64,000 nt of DNA from an uncultured Pelagibacteraceae bacterium. GTDB taxonomy: Bacteria; Pseudomonadota; Alphaproteobacteria; Pelagibacterales; Pelagibacteraceae. The stretch spans positions 12,066-76,065 of the forward strand of contig CACFTO010000001.1 of assembly GCA_902569245.1 (NCBI GenBank), read 5' to 3'. The notes beneath the pieces were generated by a model, which worked only from the letters and a program-made list of their open reading frames with translations, was not told the DNA's origin and ran no database searches. Shown one piece after another: positions 59,593 through 64,000 of this stretch. The position numbers and the translations under genes were made by a program. Positions within the stretch are counted from its first letter, which is position 1, and every line of letters starts with the position of its first letter.

Positions 59593-61884
59593 TTAATAAC
59601 TTGACTTTTTGTATTTAATAACTCCAGCTGAATAAGCTGCAACAGAAGCTAAATCTAATATTTCAGAAGTAGAGGATCTTAACGGTGCAATTTCTATTGG
59701 TTGAGCTAGACCTATTAATAGTGGACCTATAACTTTAGCGCCTCCTAGTGTTTTCATAATTTTGTTAGAAATTGCTGCACTATGTTGACCAGGCATTATT
59801 AAAATATTGGCATTTCCCACTATCTCTGAAAATGGATACAAATCAGAATACTCTTCATTAAGAGCAACATCAGGCTGCATGTCTCCATCAAATTTAAAAT
59901 CCACTTTTCTGTCCTTTAATATTTCTACAGCATCTCTTATGTGTTTTGTTCTACTAGTTATTGGTTGCCCAAACGTTGAATGGGATAAAAATGCTACTTT
60001 AGGATCAAATCCAAATAATCTTGCTACTCTCGCTGATGAAACAGCTATATCAGCTAATTCTTCTGAAGAAGGATACTCATTCACTGAAGTATCACCAATA
60101 AAAATAGTTTTACCTTTGCTTACCACCATATTTAATCCAAACATTATTTCTCCTTCTCTGGGAGGGATCACTTTTTTTATTTTTTCAAGTGATTGAGAAT
60201 ATCTTCTAGTATTACCTGTCACCATTGCATCTGCATCACCACACTCCACCATACATGATGACCAAATAACTCTATCATTTCTTATCATTCTATCACAATC
60301 TCTCTCAAGTAAACCATGGTTTCTGTGCATTTTTTTAAAAAGCAATTTAACATATTTTGCTCTCAACTTTTTATCAGTAGAATTTACGATTTTAATATTT
60401 AGGTTTTCTCCATAACCAATTTCTTTTAGCCGTTGTTTTATAATATTCTCTTTTGCAACAATTATTGGAGTTCCTAGACCACTATTTTTAAATGCAATTG
60501 CAGCTTTAAGTGTATTTTCATCTTCACCATCTGCAAACACAACAGTTTTTTGGTTTTTTTTAACTTTAGAATTTATCCCTTGAAGAATAGTTACTGATGG
60601 ATCCAATCTTTGTTTCAATTGTTCTGAGTATAAATTAAAATTTTCAATTTTTTTTCTAGCAACACCACTTTTTATTGCGGCTTTTGCTACTGCTACTGGT
60701 ATTACACTTATTAGTCGTGGATCAAATGTAGACGGAATTATGTAATCTTTGCCATACTTTGGTCTATCTCCACCCATTGCTGCTGCAACTTCATCTGGTA
60801 CTCTTTCTCTAGCTAAATTTGCAATTGCATTAGCTGCAGAAATTTTCATTTCTTCATTTATAGTTTTTGCTCTTACATCAAGTGCTCCTCTAAATATATA
60901 TGGAAAACCTATTAAGTTATTAACCTGGTTTGCATAATCTGATCTACCAGTTGCTATTATTGCGTCTTTTCTAATCTTATAAGCTTCCTCTGGTAATATT
61001 TCTGGATCTGGGTTAGCACATGCAAATATAATTGGGTTTTTTGCCATTTGTTTAATCATTTCTTTTTTTAGGATACCTGCTGATGATAGTCCTAAAAAAA
61101 CATCCGCATTTTTTAATGCATCACTTAGAGTTATATCTTTTGTTTTTTTTGCATATTTTAATTTCCACTTATTTAATCCTTTTCTATCTAAACTAATTAC
61201 ACCTTTGCTATCAATCATTGTCAAATTTTGTTTTTTTACTCCTAATTTTATAAATAAATCTGAGCAAGCCATAGCAGATGCTCCAGCACCGTTTACAACA
61301 ACTTTTATTTTAGAAATTATTTTTTTAGTAATATGTATTGAATTAATGAGTGCCGCTGATGTTATAATTGCCGTTCCATGTTGGTCATCATGAAAAACCG
61401 GTATATCAAGTATTTTTTTTAAATTTTCCTCAATAATAAAACACTCTGGGGCAGCAATATCCTCAAGATTGATACCTCCAAAACTTACAGCAAAATTTTT
61501 TATACTATTAACTATTTCTTCAGGATCTTTACTGTCAATTTCTAAATCAATAGCATCTATATCTGCAAATCTTTTAAATAATACCGCTTTACCTTCCATT
61601 ACAGGTTTTGATGCAATTGCTCCTAAATTACCCAATCCTAAGATTGCAGATCCATTACTTATCACTGCAACCAAATTTCCTTTAGTAGTATAATCATATG
61701 CTCGCTCTGGATTTTTAAAAATCTCTTTAACTGGAGCTGCCACACCTGGAGAGTAAGCTAAAGCCAAGTCTCTTTTTGATGTCATTGGTTTTGATGAATT
61801 TATCTCAATCTTGCCAGATTTATTTGAATTATGAAATTCAAGAGCCTCTTTATCTGAATAATGTTCAATTTTGTTTTTTTTCAT
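59593..61884 (-). CDS. maeB: NADP-dependent malic enzyme with PTA-like domain
   Basis: LAYSPGVA, KPVMEGK, NLEDI, FHDDQHGT, C-terminal phosphotransacetylase-like domain. Confidence 0.95.
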   Translation of the reverse strand: MKKNKIEHYSDKEALEFHNSNKSGKIEINSSKPMTSKRDLALAYSPGVAAPVKEIFKNPERAYDYTTKGNLVAVISNGSAILGLGNLGAIASKPVMEGKAVLFKRFADIDAIDLEIDSKDPEEIVNSIKNFAVSFGGINLEDIAAPECFIIEENLKKILDIPVFHDDQHGTAIITSAALINSIHITKKIISKIKVVVNGAGASAMACSDLFIKLGVKKQNLTMIDSKGVISLDRKGLNKWKLKYAKKTKDITLSDALKNADVFLGLSSAGILKKEMIKQMAKNPIIFACANPDPEILPEEAYKIRKDAIIATGRSDYANQVNNLIGFPYIFRGALDVRAKTINEEMKISAANAIANLARERVPDEVAAAMGGDRPKYGKDYIIPSTFDPRLISVIPVAVAKAAIKSGVARKKIENFNLYSEQLKQRLDPSVTILQGINSKVKKNQKTVVFADGEDENTLKAAIAFKNSGLGTPIIVAKENIIKQRLKEIGYGENLNIKIVNSTDKKLRAKYVKLLFKKMHRNHGLLERDCDRMIRNDRVIWSSCMVECGDADAMVTGNTRRYSQSLEKIKKVIPPREGEIMFGLNMVVSKGKTIFIGDTSVNEYPSSEELADIAVSSARVARLFGFDPKVAFLSHSTFGQPITSRTKHIRDAVEILKDRKVDFKFDGDMQPDVALNEEYSDLYPFSEIVGNANILIMPGQHSAAISNKIMKTLGGAKVIGPLLIGLAQPIEIAPLRSSTSEILDLASVAAYSAGVIKYKKSSY

Positions 61885-61932
61885 TAGGTAAATTAAATAT
61901 ACTATTAGGGTAAATTTAGACTAATATGATTT

Positions 61933-63462
61933 ATGAACCTCATTAAGTCAACAAGCACATTTAGTCTATTTGTTCTGTTAAGTAGGGTTCTTGGTTACAT
62001 AAGAGATTTTTTCATAGCAATATACCTTGGTTCGGGACCTTTAGCAGATGCTTTTTTTGTAGCCTTTAGAATTCCAAATACTTTTAGAAGATTATTTTCA
62101 GAGGGAACTTTTAATGCTGCATTTGTTCCCTCTTATTCCTCAGAACTTCTTAAAACAAAAAAAAATGCAAGCTCTTTTGCAAGTACAATTTTTAATTTAT
62201 TGTTATTAGGTCTGTTCTTTACGATCTTAATAATTGAAATATTTATGCCAGCTTTTATTAAAATAATTGCACCAGGATTTTCAAATGACCCAGAAAAATT
62301 AAATATTGCAATTGACCTAACTAGAATTACATTTCCTTTTTTATTTTTTATTAGTCTTGCATCTTTTTTTTCAGCAATTTTAAACTCACATAATAAATTT
62401 GCTGCTGCAGCTGCAGCACCAATAATTCTGAATATATTGTTAATAATTTGTTTACTATATGCTGAAAATTTAAATGATAATTTGGTTTATTACTTATCTT
62501 ACACTGTTACGATTGCTGGGCTCCTACAATTTATTTTTTTATTAATATTTGTAAAAAAATATTTTGTAATAAAAATAAACTTTAATTTTAAAATAAACAA
62601 TAAAGTTAAAAACTTTTTTAGTAAACTTTTACCAAGCATATTCTCATCAGGTGTAACTCAAATAAATATCTTAGTTGGAACAATTATTGCTTCATTTCAA
62701 GCAAGTGCTGTTTCATATTTATATTATGCAGATAGAATTTATCAGATAAATCTAGCAATAGCTGGTATTGCTATAGGTACTGTGATACTTCCAAACTTAA
62801 GTCGACATATTAAAAGTAATAACTCGTTAAAAACGAGAGAATTACAAAATAAAGCTTTAGAATTGAGTTTATTTTTAAGTTTACCGGCATCACTTGCTCT
62901 AATCGTCGGTTCAGAGCAAATAACATCTGCTTTATTTGGATATGGTTCTTTCGACAAGGTAAGTGTTAGTAATTCTGCAAAAGCCTTGTTCTATTTTTCT
63001 TTTGGGCTTCCAGCATTTTCTTTGATCAAAATATTTTCAACTTTTTTGTTTGCAAGAAATGATACTAAAACACCATTTAAATATTCTTTGATTTCTGTAA
63101 TTTTAAATATCACAATTAGTTTAATGTTTTTTTCAAAGGTTGGATTCATTATAATACCAATCGCAACCACTATCTCATCATGGTTTAATGGAATTATCTT
63201 ATTAGTCTTTGTAATTAATAAAAATTACTTTAAATTTAGTTCAAATTTTATTATTCAGATATCAAAAATTATTTTCTCAAATATAATTGCAATCTTCATA
63301 TTTTATTTTTTAATAAATCTTTTAGAAAGCTCTTTAGTCTATGTAAATAATTATAAATTTATTTTTATTGTTTTGATTGTTTTATCAACTTTTGTTTCAT
63401 ACATTGGAATTTCAATTATTATAAAAGCCTTTAAAATTTCAGATATTAATTTAAAGTATTAA
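61933..63462 (+). CDS. murJ: Lipid II flippase MurJ
   Basis: SRVLGYIRD, AFRIPN.FRRLFSEG, LYYADR. Confidence 0.95.
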   Translation: MNLIKSTSTFSLFVLLSRVLGYIRDFFIAIYLGSGPLADAFFVAFRIPNTFRRLFSEGTFNAAFVPSYSSELLKTKKNASSFASTIFNLLLLGLFFTILIIEIFMPAFIKIIAPGFSNDPEKLNIAIDLTRITFPFLFFISLASFFSAILNSHNKFAAAAAAPIILNILLIICLLYAENLNDNLVYYLSYTVTIAGLLQFIFLLIFVKKYFVIKINFNFKINNKVKNFFSKLLPSIFSSGVTQINILVGTIIASFQASAVSYLYYADRIYQINLAIAGIAIGTVILPNLSRHIKSNNSLKTRELQNKALELSLFLSLPASLALIVGSEQITSALFGYGSFDKVSVSNSAKALFYFSFGLPAFSLIKIFSTFLFARNDTKTPFKYSLISVILNITISLMFFSKVGFIIIPIATTISSWFNGIILLVFVINKNYFKFSSNFIIQISKIIFSNIIAIFIFYFLINLLESSLVYVNNYKFIFIVLIVLSTFVSYIGISIIIKAFKISDINLKY

Positions 63463-63465
63463 AAA

Positions 63466-64000
63466 ATGTCCAAAAAAATATTTTCTGGTGTTCAACCTAC
63501 TGGCAATCTACATTTAGGTAACTACCTTGGAGCTATTAAAAATTTTGTAGATTTAAATAATGATAATCAAAATGAATGTATTTTTTGTGTTGTAGATTTA
63601 CATGCAATAACTGTTAAGCAAGATAAAGATCAATTAAAGAATAATATTCGTGAAACAACTGCAACATTTATAGCAAGCGGTATTGATCCAAGTAAAAGTA
63701 TTATTTTTAATCAATCAAAAGTTCATGCACATGCAGAGGGCTCATGGATTTTGAGTTGTATGGCTCCAATGGGTTGGCTTAATAGAATGACACAATTTAA
63801 AGAAAAAGCTGGTAAGGATAAGGAAAAGGCTTCAGTTGGTTTGTATATTTATCCTATATTAATGGCTAGTGATATATTACTTTATGATGCTACGCATGTA
63901 CCTGTTGGAGAAGATCAGAAACAACATTTAGAATTAACAAGAGACATAGCTCACAAATTTAATAAAGATTTTGACTGTGTAGATTTTTTAAGGGTTCCAG
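63466..64000 (+). CDS. trpS: Tryptophan--tRNA ligase (partial, runs off window)
   Basis: Manual translation [23 protein letters not shown]...VDLHAIT...[12 protein letters not shown]...[12 protein letters not shown]. Confidence 0.95.
   Translation, partial: MSKKIFSGVQPTGNLHLGNYLGAIKNFVDLNNDNQNECIFCVVDLHAITVKQDKDQLKNNIRETTATFIASGIDPSKSIIFNQSKVHAHAEGSWILSCMAPMGWLNRMTQFKEKAGKDKEKASVGLYIYPILMASDILLYDATHVPVGEDQKQHLELTRDIAHKFNKDFDCVDFLRVP

Noticed and set aside
1-64000. Integrase, transposase, prophage, rRNA or riboswitch
   Set aside because: No ORF with recombinase or phage motifs and no recognisable rRNA or riboswitch sequence was seen; a covariance-model scan would be needed to exclude small RNAs.

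Overview
A very AT-rich, gene-dense alphaproteobacterial chromosome segment whose gene order and protein sequences point to Pelagibacterales (SAR11); the taxon is an inference. It spans the predicted replication origin (ppsR-family gene / oriC / hemE), with his, hslVU, dnaQ-coaE-aroE-maf, hemEHJ-rho, mnmEG-rsmG-parAB (two parS sites), holA-lptE-leuS, a major porin, dapB, dnaJK-grpE, maeB, murJ and a partial trpS. Accessory DNA sits between the core blocks. (1) A 1.65 kb integrase-less cassette at tRNA-Gly(GCC) is bounded by 83-bp direct repeats made of the tRNA 5' half plus its sigma70 promoter. It has arm-site-like GTGTG(T/GC)CG repeats inside both ends and carries a secreted phosphatase-family beta-propeller gene behind a Pho-box-like triplet. 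(2) Two TPR/sulfotransferase/FkbM clusters 28 kb apart share a 183-bp, mostly non-coding module. (3) A malyl-CoA lyase plus malate thiokinase block (mcl-mtkAB) and an FkbM gene are embedded in the his operon. (4) A CRTAC1-like gene and a Cys-rich secreted protein gene lie between dapB and dnaJ. An uncalled 35-aa ArfA-like ribosome rescue ORF and a homopolymer-frameshifted small membrane ORF were also found. All calls were made by eye; no database searches were run.
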